NCBI GenBank assembly: GCA_951406725.2
Contig: OX597820.1
Span: 118,234,001 to 118,298,000 of the forward strand
Direction of reading: 5' to 3'
Source: Octopus vulgaris
Lineage: Eukaryota
DNA: 64,000 nucleotides
Both the position numbers and the translations under genes were made by a program. This document shows positions 13,654 to 28,736 of this stretch, one piece after another (the stretch's first letter is position 1; the number at the start of each line of letters is the position of its first letter). Under the pieces are notes generated by a model. It had not been told where the DNA came from and searched no databases. It was given only the letters and a program-made list of their open reading frames with translations.

Positions 13654-13842
13654 ATGTATGTATGTGTATATATATATGATAATGATTTTTATATATTTAT
13701 CGACATCTATATTTTTCTCCTTCTACGTCTCTCCCACTTTTTTCTCTCTCTCGATAAATATATATTATCTATATTTACTTATGTACGCACGTTCCTACGT
13801 ACGTATCTATCTATGCATATATACATATTTTTTCACGAGTGG

Positions 13843-13881
<39 letters not shown>

Positions 13882-14536
13882 TGTGTTTGTGTGTACTTAC
13901 AAAGACGTGAGTTTGTGCGTGTGCTTATATATCTATCTTGTTTGTATAATACTAATGCGATTCCAAATGCACAACATATCTAAATATACACGAACCAAAT
14001 ATACATACATGCACGCATGTATATACATGATTATATAGAAGTATATACACACACACAGTAGGATTTATGTATTATTCATTCTGCTGATATTTTGTTTACA
14101 TATATGCATCTATAATTTCGATCATATGTAAATACGCACACAACAGTATCCATGTGTGTTTGAATACAATAATATTCAAATGGCAATTTGCTTGCATTTT
14201 CCTCTCTTTCCCTGTCTATCTCTGTATAAAACAACACTCACAAATGGATTTGAATTTTTTCAAAAAATAAAGCTCATTAAATATACATTGCTTACAGTGC
14301 TGTAACGGTGCGCTGTACTATTAACACTCTGTGAAGCTTGTTTTCCAGAGAGGTGGGCTGGGTCGAAGAGGGTCAAATAGTTTGGCTGTGGATTCAGTCG
14401 CAGAAGTTTCAGAACAGAAAGCGAAATTGAGTATTTTTAGAAATGTCTTTTGAAACTGAACTGAAACAAGTTTTTCAGCGCAAACACAGCATACCCACAT
14501 CAATGCATATATTGCACAACCTCACAATAAAATATA

Positions 14537-14736
14537 TTCTTTTATGTGTTTCAGTTATTTAATTGCGGCCATGCTGGAGCACCGCCTTTAGTCGAAAAAA
14601 AAATCGACCCCAGGACTTATTCTTTGTAAGTTAGTACTTATTCTATCGTTTGTTTTGCCGAACAGCTAAGTTACGAGGCGTAAACGCGCCAACCTCGGTT
14701 GTGAAGCGATGGTGGGAGACAAACACAAACACACAA

Positions 14737-14802
<66 letters not shown>

Positions 14803-14967
14803 GCGACGAGCTTCTTTCAGTTTTCATTTGCCAAATCTGCTCACAAGGTTTTCGTCGGCCCGAGACTATAGTAGAAAACAGTTGCCCAAGGTGCCACGCA
14901 GTGGGAATGAACCCGAAACCATGTGGTTGGTAAGCAAACTACTTACCACACAGACACGTGTACGCCT
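14537..14967 (-). mobile_element. SINE family B
   Basis: Full-length match with an internal (CA)n. Confidence 0.9.
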
Positions 14968-14988
14968 ATAATACACAACAACCTACAT

Positions 14989-15023
<35 letters not shown>

Positions 15024-15229
15024 CTGCCGCCAAATTTATATAAAATATACACAACTGTTTTCTCATTCGTCTTTCAGCTGTTAGTAATAACACTTATTCT
15101 GTTTATTTTATACGAAGCTATGTGTGAACACTAGTGCTGGCAGTTACATGTCTACAGTTTACCAATCACTAGTTCGCTAAATTCACTTTGCTGGGAATGG
15201 CCGGGGAACTTCTACGTAAATCAGTTTGA

Positions 15230-16190
15230 AAGAAGGGAAAAATCTTTACTAAGCGTTGTGTTGCAGAACATAGAAGATGGCCCCACCATATCTAATGGCT
15301 TTGATAGCAGGCTCCTGCGAATCGAAACGTAATAGAAGGAAGGCACTGTGTGTAGGTTTTTGATTGCAGATGACGTTTATCTTTTAAGTTCAGTGTATGA
15401 GATACTGAGACTAAATTAGTGAATGAACAGATTCACGGCTGCTTACGATAATGTCTATCAAACCGCTAACACTAAAACTAGCAAAACTATTTATCAACCA
15501 GCCTCACATACGCTATGGAGTATGCAGCTGCTACAGCCACAATGAAGATCCAGCTCAAATTGTCATTGTCCTGTTAATATACCCTGGCAGTCCTCATTCA
15601 AAGGTTGTCTCTAGTGACGATAAAGTCAACAGTATGCTTACGAAAGTTAATACCCATTTCTTTACTACCCAGAAGGGGCCAAACATAGAGAGGACAAACA
15701 AGGACAGACAAACGGATCAAGTCGATTATATCGACCCCAGTGCGTAACTGGTACTTAATTCTCGATCCCGAAAGGATGAAAGGCAAAGTCGACCTCAGTG
15801 GAATTTGAACTCAGAACGTAACGGCAGACGAAATACCTATTTCTTTACTACCCACAAGGGGCTAAACACAGAGAGAACAAACAAGGACAGACAAACGGAT
15901 TAAGTCGATTATATCGACCCCAGTGCGTAACTGGTACTTAATTCTCGATCCCGAAAGGATGAAAGGCAAAATCGACCTCGGTGGAATTTGAACTTAGAAC
16001 ATAGCGGCAGACGAAACACTGCTAAGCATTTCGCCCGGCGTGCTAACGTTTCTGCCAGCTCGAAACGTTAATACCGTTTAGATAGACTTTGCGTGAATTT
16101 TGGGTTGAAGAAGTACAGCAACCTCCAAATCAAACTGAAGGTAAGAACATTTGTTCTGCCAGTTTTAATGAATGGCAGAAATATGTAGAA
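15230..16190 (+). mobile_element. Decayed RTE-clade LINE reverse transcriptase fragment, interrupted by a SINE
   Basis: Frameshifted translation LIADDVYLL..MNRFTAAYD..NTKTSKTIYQPA..YPGS..SSDDKVNSMLTKVN [SINE] DRLC..QIKLKV..VLPVLMNG, similar to the RTE RT FADD-to-thumb region. Confidence 0.65.
15654..16062 (-). mobile_element. SINE family C, tandem double unit
   Basis: Two near-identical units, 15654-15835 and 15836-16062; flanking repeat GTTAATACC on both sides. Confidence 0.92.
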
Positions 16191-16580
16191 TATTCTGTTG
16201 AGTTGGAAGGAGATGAAATAGGATGAGCGATATTTGTGTTGTGTGTAACTAATGGGATTTTGTCTTCTTAGAAGCGGCAGGAAAAAGTAATTAACAGAGA
16301 AAGCTGCAGGAACATATTGCAGTAAATATGCCCGGGCATGAATATCTCATTTTATGTATTCTAAAACACATATGAATGAATTTCAAAATTATTCATGTAT
16401 AAATATACATTTATATGGGTTTACATTTAAAAGCCTCTCTAGTGACATCACATCCATTAATTTGTATCAAATATTCCATTTGTTTGTTGTCCATCAACGC
16501 TAAGGTGGGATCCAGGTAGATACTTTCACAAGTCAAGCAATACCCATCCATTGTGGTATGGAGGCGGCAGTATTTCTACA

Positions 16581-16814
16581 AGGTGGCGAGCTGGCAGAAA
16601 CGTTAGCACGCCGGGCAAAATGCGTAGCCGTATTTCGTCTGCCGCTACATTCTGAGTTCAAATTCCGCCGAGGTCGACTTTGCCCTTCATCCTTTCGGGG
16701 TCGATTAAATAAGTACCAGTTACGCACTGGGGTCGATGTAATCGACTTAATCCCTTTGTCTTTCCTTGTTCGTCCCCTCTGCGTTTAGCCCCTTGTGGGT
16801 AGTAAAGAAATAGG
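16581..16814 (+). mobile_element. SINE family C, full length
   Basis: Intact head, body and tail; TSD-like ATTTCTACAA on both sides. Confidence 0.92.
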
Positions 16815-17029
16815 CATTTCTACAAATGAAAAGATGCTATTTGGCGAATTTCCAAGGTAAAACCATGAACTTTAAAACCTCTTTTAACATTTTGAAGATG
16901 AAATTACAGACCCTCTTTATCCTTCAGAATAACACTATATTTTAATATGTTGGCGCAACCATGAAAGATGAAGAATTAAACCTAATAATTAATCTAATTA
17001 AGAATTAAATCTAATAATTAATCTATTGG

Positions 17030-17290
17030 ATAGGATTATTTCCCTGATCACTCCCCTCCCTCAGAATTGAACTGACCATATTCTTGGGATTATATTAAGA
17101 AAAAATTGTAACTTACAGAGTTTAGTCTGTCTTAGATTGGGAAGAGAAGACAGGACAGGTTTGGAGACACGGGAGGTAACTCTAGATCTAGTCAATATTT
17201 GGCCGAGAACGTTAAATTGCATTTCTGCTGCATTAACGGCAACTCTATAGAAATGCAACCGTATGGCAGTAACATTTGCATTTTTTAAAC
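17030..17290 (-). mobile_element. Decayed CR1/L2-like LINE 3' fragment
   Basis: ORF 17061..17258 (HFYR..RSRVTSR..LPNLRQ..FFLNIIPRIWS) resembles LINE ORF2 C-termini. Confidence 0.4.
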
Positions 17291-17443
17291 TGTTAACTGT
17301 TTATCTCCTTATTTTATAATGAAATGCATTGCTTATATGTCATCTACATCCTGAATTGCAATATAAAGCACTATTTTTATCAATGTATTCAGCCTTTTGA
17401 CCGGGATGTGTAGACACATCATCTAAAACAAACACCCCACCAC

Positions 17444-17492
<49 letters not shown>

Positions 17493-18464
17493 AGACACAC
17501 ATACACAATGCCTAATAAATAATATATACATTATTTATACTCATAAGCGCATTTATATATCCACACTCATTTGAACGAACATTTCAGCAAGCTTGTAAGT
17601 TTGTGCGCCATATTTGTTATGTGTGTGTCTGTGTATGTAATTGTATATGTGTAAGGCTATACGTTTACATAATTGCGTTTGTTGTTATTCTCCTTCGGCG
17701 TTCAGAAAAACTTCTATATTTATTTTACTGACTCCAATGAGATGATGTATCTTTAATTAAAATGAACATAAAACTGATTTTATTAATGCCGTATGGATGT
17801 ATGCTTGCGTATCGCTCTATGTGTTTGTCCGTGATGTATCTGTATACGTGTGTGCGCGTGCGTACGATTTTCTGTTCTTTTTCAATACTAAACATAGCTT
17901 TTGTTTGCATTCAATATTCTTTGTTTTCTGAGACCGAACATCGCATGATATTTCGTTATTTATAACGTGGAATTGGCAATGGCTGTGGAGAAGTGGTAGT
18001 GATGCTAGTGGTGGTTCCAGTCGATGCCGGCCTGGAATGACTGCAGTTCTTACATGCTTGTTCAATTCACAGAATGGTGCTGAAGGGCTTGTTAGGCCTG
18101 CAATGTGAAATTCTTTCTTGGTAAATTCACCTGGCCAATTCCGACAGGTAGAACAAAGATAGAAATCATTAACCCTAGTCACTGATATTTTCTTTATCGA
18201 ATAAAGGCAGGAAAAGTAAAGTTAACCTCGGCAGGATTTGAACTTAGAGCGTAGGTAGCCGGAACAGTTTAAAGCTCTGACCTCTGCTAAATGGCCACCG
18301 TCACTGTCATAGTGGTGGTGAAGTGTTTCTGTTTGGAAGATGGTGGTTAAGGTCAAGGTTTCATATGAGATAAGGGGATGGAGATGTGGTTGATGGTGTA
18401 TAACGCCACGTCAAACCGGATCCAGTTGAGTTAGGGCCAAATACATTCCAACTATAGCAACCTA

Positions 18465-19082
<618 letters not shown>

Positions 19083-19165
19083 CCTTTTTGAAAAAGAAAA
19101 TGAAGCAAATAGATAAAACTTTACGTACAGATGTTTTTATTTAAAGGCATTCAGATTCATACATA

Positions 19166-19250
19166 GAAATTCCTGCCTACAGTTGTTTCCATACACACTT
19201 CTTTATTCGTTCCAAACCAGTGAATTGGATATATCCTCAGGGAGAATTTC
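19166..19250 (-). ncRNA. Type I hammerhead motif in a decayed Penelope-like 3' end
   Basis: Minus strand: gaaauucucc CUGAGGA uauau..guaug GAAA caacug UA ggcaggaauuuc. Confidence 0.6.
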
Positions 19251-19950
19251 AAAACGAAGTTATTCAACAACGTGTAGGCTAACCTTTGACAAACTTAGAA
19301 GTGTTTGTTTTTCCTTAACGCAAGCGTTCCGTAGAAACCGTCACATATAGAATGTCTCTTTTCAATTTTTAGATTGTAATTCGTGAGAATTCGGTAGCTT
19401 TTTCTTGTAAGTTGTCCGGCCACGTATATACTTCCTCGTTGACTCGTGGTCAAGTAGCTATACAATTAATTTTTGCTAGTTGATATAACTGTTATGTTGT
19501 TTTTGTTGTCTATACTCATAGACATTCTAACCAACCGTTTCAACTTTGTTGGTGTTGAAGTTTACAATGTTTAAATTTATTCCGACTTATTGAAGAAGGT
19601 AGCGTATGATTAACGGGCAATTTGACTACTATTTTTAGTAGGCCTAACAAACATGTAAAGGCTCCCCATTGTTGTTGTTGGTGTTTTTTTTATCCCTGCT
19701 GTTGCTGGTTTTGTTTTTATTATTTAACCCTAGGCCTGACATAACAGCTTTCCTATGATTAAAAGCATTCCATTTATAACCATCCCGTTCTAGGAGGCGA
19801 TATTGTTGTTATTGCTAAGGATGCTTGGTTAACCTCGGGTCAAACCAGACTGAGCAGATCAATTCCGAGCAGATATTCCAGCCGCGATCACTTGCGGTGT
19901 TTTCACATTCTTATTCCCAAATCACATTGGGTGTTATCAATAACGTATAC

Positions 19951-20480
<530 letters not shown>

Positions 20481-21128
20481 ATTATAGCTATTTTGTATAA
20501 ACGAAATACGTCGTCACAGATCTATACAAAAGCCGTGAAAAAGAATCCCTGGCATTACAGGTGGCCACCTGGTTGAATAAGAATACAAAAGTTCTCAAAT
20601 AGATTTTTTCCAGTCTACCCTTTCATCACTTCCATCAGCGCAGGGATGCTTCGTGTGAAGAATATAAGGTAAAATGTTCAAATATCTTGGCCCGAAGCTA
20701 TAGTAGAAGGCACTTGCTCAAGGTGCCACACAGTGGGACTGAACCCCAAACCATATGATGGAGAAGCAAGCTTCGAACCGCATAGCTAGGCCTAATCGTT
20801 TCGATTCCAATTCGCACCAGAATTAATTCCTTATTCAGTATTAATCTTTGCGTGAAATTTAGAATCCAGATAAAATTTCGTATTCTGTATTGTATTTATT
20901 TTTCTCTTTTTTCCTTTATCTTTTTTTTTCTTTATCTGTATTGTTATTCGTCGTTGCAGCGTATAGCGTGGAGGTTCAAATAGATGCATAGTATTTCGAT
21001 TAATTAATTCACGTTCTTAATGTTTGCAATGTTATGCAAATTAGACAGACAAATTAAGTTCTGACCGAGTGATTATACTATAAATAGCTGTAAGCCACTA
21101 TTTTCTCTCTGTAAAGGAACAAGTAACA

Positions 21129-21276
21129 ATTCTCTGATGGTGTGTCACTATAGGTTGAAACTAATCAGCTTAATCTAGTCTTTCTGCTGACAGGGGTGGG
21201 GGCCGCTTGCGATATTACCTCAACGTCTGCTTCCCGTAGGAGGAACCCTTCACTAAAAACACCAGCGTGTAAGAAT
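21129..21276 (+). ncRNA. Decayed hammerhead motif with a very long stem II
   Basis: auucu CUGAUGG ... cacua AAAA cac cagc gug UA agaau; perfect 5-bp stem I, two core mutations. Confidence 0.45.
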
Positions 21277-21328
21277 ATATATATATTTAATTATTCCTTT
21301 TGAATTGATAAAAGGTGTTTTTTTTCTA

Positions 21329-21394
<66 letters not shown>

Positions 21395-21585
21395 GAAAAA
21401 ACCCCACCTTTTATCAATTCAAAATGAATAATTAAATTAGAAAAGGTAAAATAACAATTAAGAAGTAAAGATTAAGTAAATTACAAAAATAATATAATGT
21501 ATATAATAATTATATTGTGTGCAATTTGATTTAGTATTTCTAAATTGAATTATTTTTCCTTGTAAGTTTGGATTTTATTCCCTCT

Positions 21586-22175
<590 letters not shown>

Positions 22176-22180
22176 ATATT

Positions 22181-22432
22181 CTTTTGTTCCCTTATTCTAT
22201 TATTTGTTTTAGTCAGTTGATTGCGGTCATGCTGGAGCACCGCCTTTAGTCGAGCAAATCGACTCCAGGACTTAGACTTTGCAAACCTAGTACTTATTCT
22301 ATCGGTCTCTTTTGCCGAACCGCTAAGTTACAAGGACGTAAACACATCAGCATCGGTTGCGAAGCGATGCTGGTGGGAAAAGCACACACACAGACACACA
22401 CACACATACACATACACACACGTACATACATA

Positions 22433-22489
<57 letters not shown>

Positions 22490-22592
22490 CGGGATTCTTT
22501 CAGTTTCCGTCTACCAAATCCACTGACTAGGTTTTCGTCGGCCCGAATCTATAGAAGAAGACACTTGCTCAAGGTGCCACGCAGTGGGACTG
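22181..22592 (-). mobile_element. SINE family B, 5'-truncated at a (TACA)n tract
   Basis: Tail and body match; the match ends at GCAGTGGGACTGA. Confidence 0.9.
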
Positions 22593-22629
22593 ATACATAC
22601 ATACATACATACATACATACATACATACA

Positions 22630-22663
<34 letters not shown>

Positions 22664-22813
22664 CATACATACATACATGCATGCATGCATGCATACATAC
22701 ATACATGCATGCATACATACATACATACATACATACATACATACATACATGCATGCATGCATGCATACATACATACATGCATGCATACATACATATATAT
22801 ATACGTATGTATG

Positions 22814-22850
<37 letters not shown>

Positions 22851-22851
<1 letters not shown>

Positions 22852-23065
22852 GGCGCGGGCATGGTTGCGTGGGAGGAAGTTTGCTTTCCAACCACACGGT
22901 TCCGGGTTCAGTTCCACTGCATGACACCTTGGGCAAGTGTCGGTTACAAGGCCACAGACAGACAAAAGCCTTGTGAGCAGATTTGTTTGACGGAAATCGG
23001 AAGAAGTCCGTCGTATATATATGTATATATACATATATATATATATACACTATGTATATATATAT

Positions 23066-23155
<90 letters not shown>

Positions 23156-23235
23156 GCGTGTATTTGTGTCTGTGCTTGTTCCACCACAGCTTAACAACCG
23201 GTGTTGGTGGGTTAGCATCCTCGTTAAGCTCTGGA
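22851..23235 (+). mobile_element. SINE family B, diverged, 3'-truncated
   Basis: Head GGCGCGGGCATGGTTGCGTGG...GACACCTTGGGCAAGTGTC. Confidence 0.82.
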
Positions 23236-23254
23236 GTCGATTCGTTCGACACTA

Positions 23255-23460
23255 ATCTTTTCTATTTTAGGCATGAGCCCCGAAATTTTTGGGAAGATTA
23301 GATCGACCCCAGCACACAACTGGTATTTAATTCATCGACCCCGAAAAGATCAAAGGCAAAGTTGACCTTGGTGCACTTTGGAGTCTGAACGAAAAGACAG
23401 ACAAAATACTGGTAAGCATTTCACCCGACCTGCTAATGTTTCTGCCAGCTTTGTCGCCTT
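23255..23460 (-). mobile_element. SINE family C, diverged
   Basis: ATCGACCCCGAAAAGATCAAAGGCAAAGTTGACC...GCTAATGTTTCTGCCAGC. Confidence 0.75.
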
Positions 23461-23741
23461 TTATTCGACGATAATTCCTCAAGGTAGTGCCCCAGCATGG
23501 CCGCGATCTAATGACTGAAACAAATAAAAGATATAAGATATATATGTACTTACAGGCATTGCTGTTTGGCCAAGAGGGACTAGTTTTTTTTAGAAATCGT
23601 GTGGTTTGTGGAATGAGATCACAGCATGGATTCATGTTCATGCGATTTCCTGCATAGCAGCTGCTTCTCTACCAACGCATTATTCGCGAAGCTCATCAGG
23701 CGGAATCCGCGCGAAATTTCCTCTTGTTTGCATGTACGTAT

Positions 23742-24154
23742 ACTCTTTTACTCTTTTACTTGTTTCATTCATTTGACTGTGGCCATGCTGGAGCACCACC
23801 TTTTAGTCGAGCAAATCGACCCCCAGGACTTATTCTTTGTAAGCCTAGTACTTATTCTATCGGTCTCTTTTGCCGAACCGCTAAGTTACGGAGACGTAAA
23901 CACACCAGCATCGGTTGTCAAGCGATGTTGGGGGGACAAACACAGACACACAAACACGCACACACATATATATACATATATACATATATACGACGGGCTT
24001 CTTTCAGTTTCCGTCTAACAAATCCACTCACAAGCCTTTGGTCGGCCCAAGGCTATAGTAGAAGACACTTACCCAAGGTGCCACGCAATGGGACTGAACC
24101 CGGAACAATGTGGTTGGTAAGCAAGCTACTTACCACACAGCCACTCCTACGCCT
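23742..24154 (-). mobile_element. SINE family B, young full-length copy
   Basis: Near-consensus along its entire length. Confidence 0.95.
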
Positions 24155-24282
24155 ATGTGTGTGTATTTACATAGATGCATATTCACTCATACATACATAC
24201 ACGCATTTATACGTATTCATGTGTGGATGTTAAAAGCTGTTTGATTAGATCGGTGGTAAATGGCGTTATTGTTTTTGTAATA

Positions 24283-24677
24283 TCTTTATATATAAAAGTG
24301 AAGTTGTGTGCTGTCTCCTACGATTTAGATTCCTAACTACTCCCACATTTTGCGGTGCAGTTTAACCAAAACCGGGTATCTTATAGTCGTGATTCATATC
24401 GAGCCCTTCTGGGTATTAGCGCGCGTCTACGATGAGTCTACGATTAAAAAAACAAATTAACATCATTTTTTTCCATTTTAATGCATTTTTTCGCTATTAT
24501 ATAAGGGAAGTAACTCTCTAAAAATGTCTACGATGAGTCAACGATTTAAAAAAATTTACCATCATTTTTTTCCCATTTTTAATGCATTTGTTTGCTATTT
24601 TTTGGCCATACCTCTCTAAAAATGCTTATATAGTTATTTCCCTTACAAACCCGAGCAACGCCGGGCGATACTGCTAG
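24283..24677 (+). mobile_element. Non-autonomous Helitron
   Basis: 5' TC(TTTATATATAAAAG), 3' hairpin CCCGAGCAACGCCGGG then CTAG, inserted between A and T with no TSD; internal ~100-bp tandem duplication. Confidence 0.85.
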
Positions 24678-24922
24678 TTTAGAGATAATTCTTTAAAGGG
24701 TCGTAACTGAATAGGCGAAACAACTTGTTAACTAGAAAGTTGATTATAAGGGAGTCCCATACTTAATATTTGGATCAGCAGAATGGACCAAAAACGAAAT
24801 AAATTAATTAGAAAGACAGGTTGGCGACGCAGTTCTTGCATGAGAAAGGCAACGACCGAAACCAATAAATGAATAAAGGAACAGTTGAATAATACACCCT
24901 CATGTGTGTATGTATGTCATTA

Positions 24923-25336
24923 TTCTTTACTCTTTTACTCTTTCACTTGTTTCAGTCATTTGACTGCGGCCATGCTGGAGCACCGCCTTTAGTCGAGCAA
25001 ATCGACCCCCAGGACTTATTCTTTGTAAGCCCAGTACTTATTCTATCGATCTCTTTTGGCGAACCGCTAAGTGACGGGGACGTAAACACACCAGCATCGG
25101 TTGTCAAGCAATGCTAGGAGGACAAACACAGACACACAAACATATACACACACACTTATATATATATACATATATACGACAGGCTTCTTTCAGTTTCCGT
25201 CTACCAAATCCACTCACAAGGCATTGGTCGGCCCTGGGACTATAGCAGAAGACACTTGCCCAAGATGCCACGCAGTGGGACTGAACCCGGAACCACGTGG
25301 TTGGTTAGCAAGCTACTTACAACACAGCCACTCCTC
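24923..25336 (-). mobile_element. SINE family B
   Basis: Near-consensus; appears to interrupt the 3'UTR of the adjacent LINE. Confidence 0.93.
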
Positions 25337-25770
25337 GCAAGATTTCTATCCTAGATGCAAAACTCCTTCATTAGAATTTCAACATCATCAACAGGCTATT
25401 TTTCTATGTATGTATATCTGCAGATTTGTATGTTTTGTTTTACGTATACATCCTCATGCATATATTGGAATGTCTAGACACGCTCATATATACTTAAATG
25501 ATAAACCTCTGGAAAGTTTTACAGATTTTTACAGTTCCAGTGATGGATTGGATCTGTAGTTTTCGAATTAGCTTTCTCCTTTCTAGTTTTGAGAAGCTTA
25601 ATTTCTCAAGATTGGTATTTAGGCAGTATGGTACATGTCCCAGGGACCCAATAATTACAGGTATAAACCTGAACTTGTAATCTGAATAGATTATCTGCAG
25701 ATTTCTCAATAGTTCAGCGTAAGTATTCTCTTTTCCACTGATTTTCAGCTTTATGTTAACATCTTCTGCA
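25337..25770 (-). mobile_element. 3' fragment of an RLE-type (R4/Dong-like) non-LTR retrotransposon
   Basis: DVNIKLKISGKENTYAELLRNLQIIYSDYKFRFIPVIIGSLGHVPYCLNTNLEKL..LQIQSITGTVKICKTF (ORF 25494..25709); the 5' truncation abuts (TATG)n. Confidence 0.8.
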
Positions 25771-26312
25771 CACAGTGTATGTATGTATGTATGTATGTAT
25801 GTATGTATGTATGTATGTATGTATGTATGTATGTATGTATGTATGTATGTATGTATGTATGTGTGTGTGTATGTATGTATAAGTATGTATATGTATGTAT
25901 GTATTTATGTATGTATGTATGTATGCATGTATGGATATATGTATGCATGCATGTATGTGTTCATCTATGTATCTCTTCCTCCCTCTCTCTCTCTCTCTCT
26001 GTATATACATTTCCATCTAGCAAATTCACTCACAAGTCTTTGGTTGGCCTGAAAATACACTTGATCAGCGTGCTGCGAAATCACGTGATTGTAAAGCGAG
26101 ATCCTTAACTACGCAGTCATGCCTGCGCATGCGCACACACACTCACAAGACGCACACACACACAGACACGCACACACACACACAAACACATATATGCATA
26201 CATATAATTTTGCTTGCCATAATTCATATTCTGGTTTCAGTCGTTGCTTTCCTTATATAGGGACAGCCTCTTCAACCTGACTTTCTCTACATTATACATA
26301 GATGTACGCATT

Positions 26313-26900
26313 ATGTATGTCTGTCTGTCTGTCTGTCTGTATGTATGTATGTATGTATGTATGTATGTATGTATGTATGTATTTATGTATGTATGTATTT
26401 ATGTATGTATGTATTTATGTATGTATGTATTTATGTATGTAATGTATGTATGTATGTATGTATGTATGTATGTATTTATGTATTTATGTATGTATGTCTC
26501 CATGTATGTATGTATGTATGTATGTATGTATGTATGTGTGTATGTATTTATGTATGTATGTCTCCATGTATGTATGTATGTATGTATGTATGTATGTATG
26601 TATTTATGTATGCATGTATGTATGTATTTATGTATGTATGTATGTCTCCATGTATGTATGTATGTATGTATGTATGTATGTATGTATGTATGTATGTATG
26701 TATGTATGTATGTATGTATTTATGTATGTATGTCTCCATGTATGTCTCCATGTATGTATTTATGTATGTATGTCTCCATGTGTGTCTCCATGTATGTATG
26801 TATGTATGTATGTATGTATGTATGTATGTATGTATGTATGTATGTATGTATGTATGTATTTATGTATGTATGTATGTCTCCATGTATGTCTCCATGTATG
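26313..26900. repeat. (TATG)n array with recurrent TATT and TCTCCA variant units
   Basis: Directly visible. Confidence 0.95.
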
Positions 26901-27561
26901 TATATGTTGGTGTATGACCGTGTGTTTATATCTATTGCTCTGCTTTTCTGTGCACGTTCGTGTATTGTATTTAACAATGATAACACCAATATCGTGTAAC
27001 AAAAGCAGAGACACAAACACAGAACACAACAAGAGCAGTAGCGGCATCATCATCATCATCATCATCAACAGCGACAACATCAACAACAACAACAACAATA
27101 ACAGTAGCAAGACCAAAACGGCTAACAATAATAATACAATCCAAACCAGAGACAGCAATAAAATGGTAAATTCTATGGAAATATCCTTTGAAGTCGATGT
27201 AAAGACGCCCAAACTCTATGCTTGGTAGAATCTCTGTTAGGCAAAAGGAAAGGAAAGTATAAAATGAACAAAATTAGTCAAGCGCTTACGAAAACAAAAA
27301 TTAATTCGAAGATGTGAAAGCATACTCTGTGTTTTTTTTTGTGTTTTGGCTTTTGTTTTTGTTTCTGCCAAGACTTCTAATGTTGGTTAGTTACTAGTGG
27401 CGCCACCATCGTGACAGATTCGGTTATAACGAACGCCAGTTGCATCGGACCAAAAGAACCAACAGCTACAAATCATGTTCACTAAAACACGAGATTTTTG
27501 CTCAACCAAGGTTAAAACACAGTAATTCATTTACTTGAAAGAGAGAGCGAAACTGAACGAA

Positions 27562-27717
27562 ATAATAATGAGGTTGATAATAATAATAATAACAATAATA
27601 ATAATAATAATAGTAGTAATAGTAATAATAATAATGATAATAATAATGATAATAATAATAATAATAATAATGATAATAATAATAGTAATAATAATAATAA
27701 TAATAATGATAATAATA

Positions 27718-27753
<36 letters not shown>

Positions 27754-27756
27754 GTT

Positions 27757-27802
<46 letters not shown>

Positions 27803-27918
27803 TAATAATAATAGTAATAATAATAGTAATAATAATAATAATAGTAATAATAATAATAATGATAATAATAATAATAATAATGATGATAATAATAAATATA
27901 ATAATAATAAGATTAATA

Positions 27919-27965
<47 letters not shown>

Positions 27966-28010
27966 GTAATAGTAATAATAATAATAATAATAGTAATAAT
28001 AATAATAACA

Positions 28011-28061
<51 letters not shown>

Positions 28062-28078
28062 GTAATAATAATAATAAC

Positions 28079-28112
<34 letters not shown>

Positions 28113-28235
28113 GTAATAATAATAATAATAATAGTAATAATAATAATAATAATAGTGATAATGATAATAATAATAATAATAATAACAACAACAACAACAA
28201 CAATAATAGTAATAATAATAATAATAATAATAATG
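27562..28235. repeat. (AAT)n microsatellite, about 670 bp
   Basis: Directly visible; source of the poly-I/Y/L ORFs. Confidence 0.97.
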
Positions 28236-28736
28236 ATCTTTAGCATTCATATATATGCACGCATACGTTCACGAGTGTAGGCGTACATATACGCACAGAC
28301 ACACACACACACACACATATATATATTTATATATATACACACATAAAAATACGTACATATATACACACACATATATATCTACGTGTATATCTATCAATAT
28401 CAACATCTATATCTATACGCACACATACACATATACATATATATATATATATTATATAAATACACACACACACATATATAGTTATATTTATATATATTTA
28501 TTTAGTCTATCAAGAACGAATCTGCTTGAGTTTCGTTCATACTAAAGGAAATGTTTATGTATACATTTACACGCTCGCACGAACACGAAATGCATACACA
28601 CGCGCACACACGTACGTACACGCATGCATAAAACATACACTCCTCTACACGTATAAAATATCTTCCGATTATGGTGTCACTATCTCTTCATTTTTTTACG
28701 CTCAAAAACTTTTTCTTTCATATAGTTTGAACGGAT

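Noticed and set aside
23640-23720. Minus-strand CTGATGAGC in a small CpG-rich patch
   Set aside because: Stem II is not followed by GAAA and there is no closing stem I.
27398-27416. CTCF-like TGGCGCCACCATCGTG
   Set aside because: Partial match only and unsupported without ChIP data.
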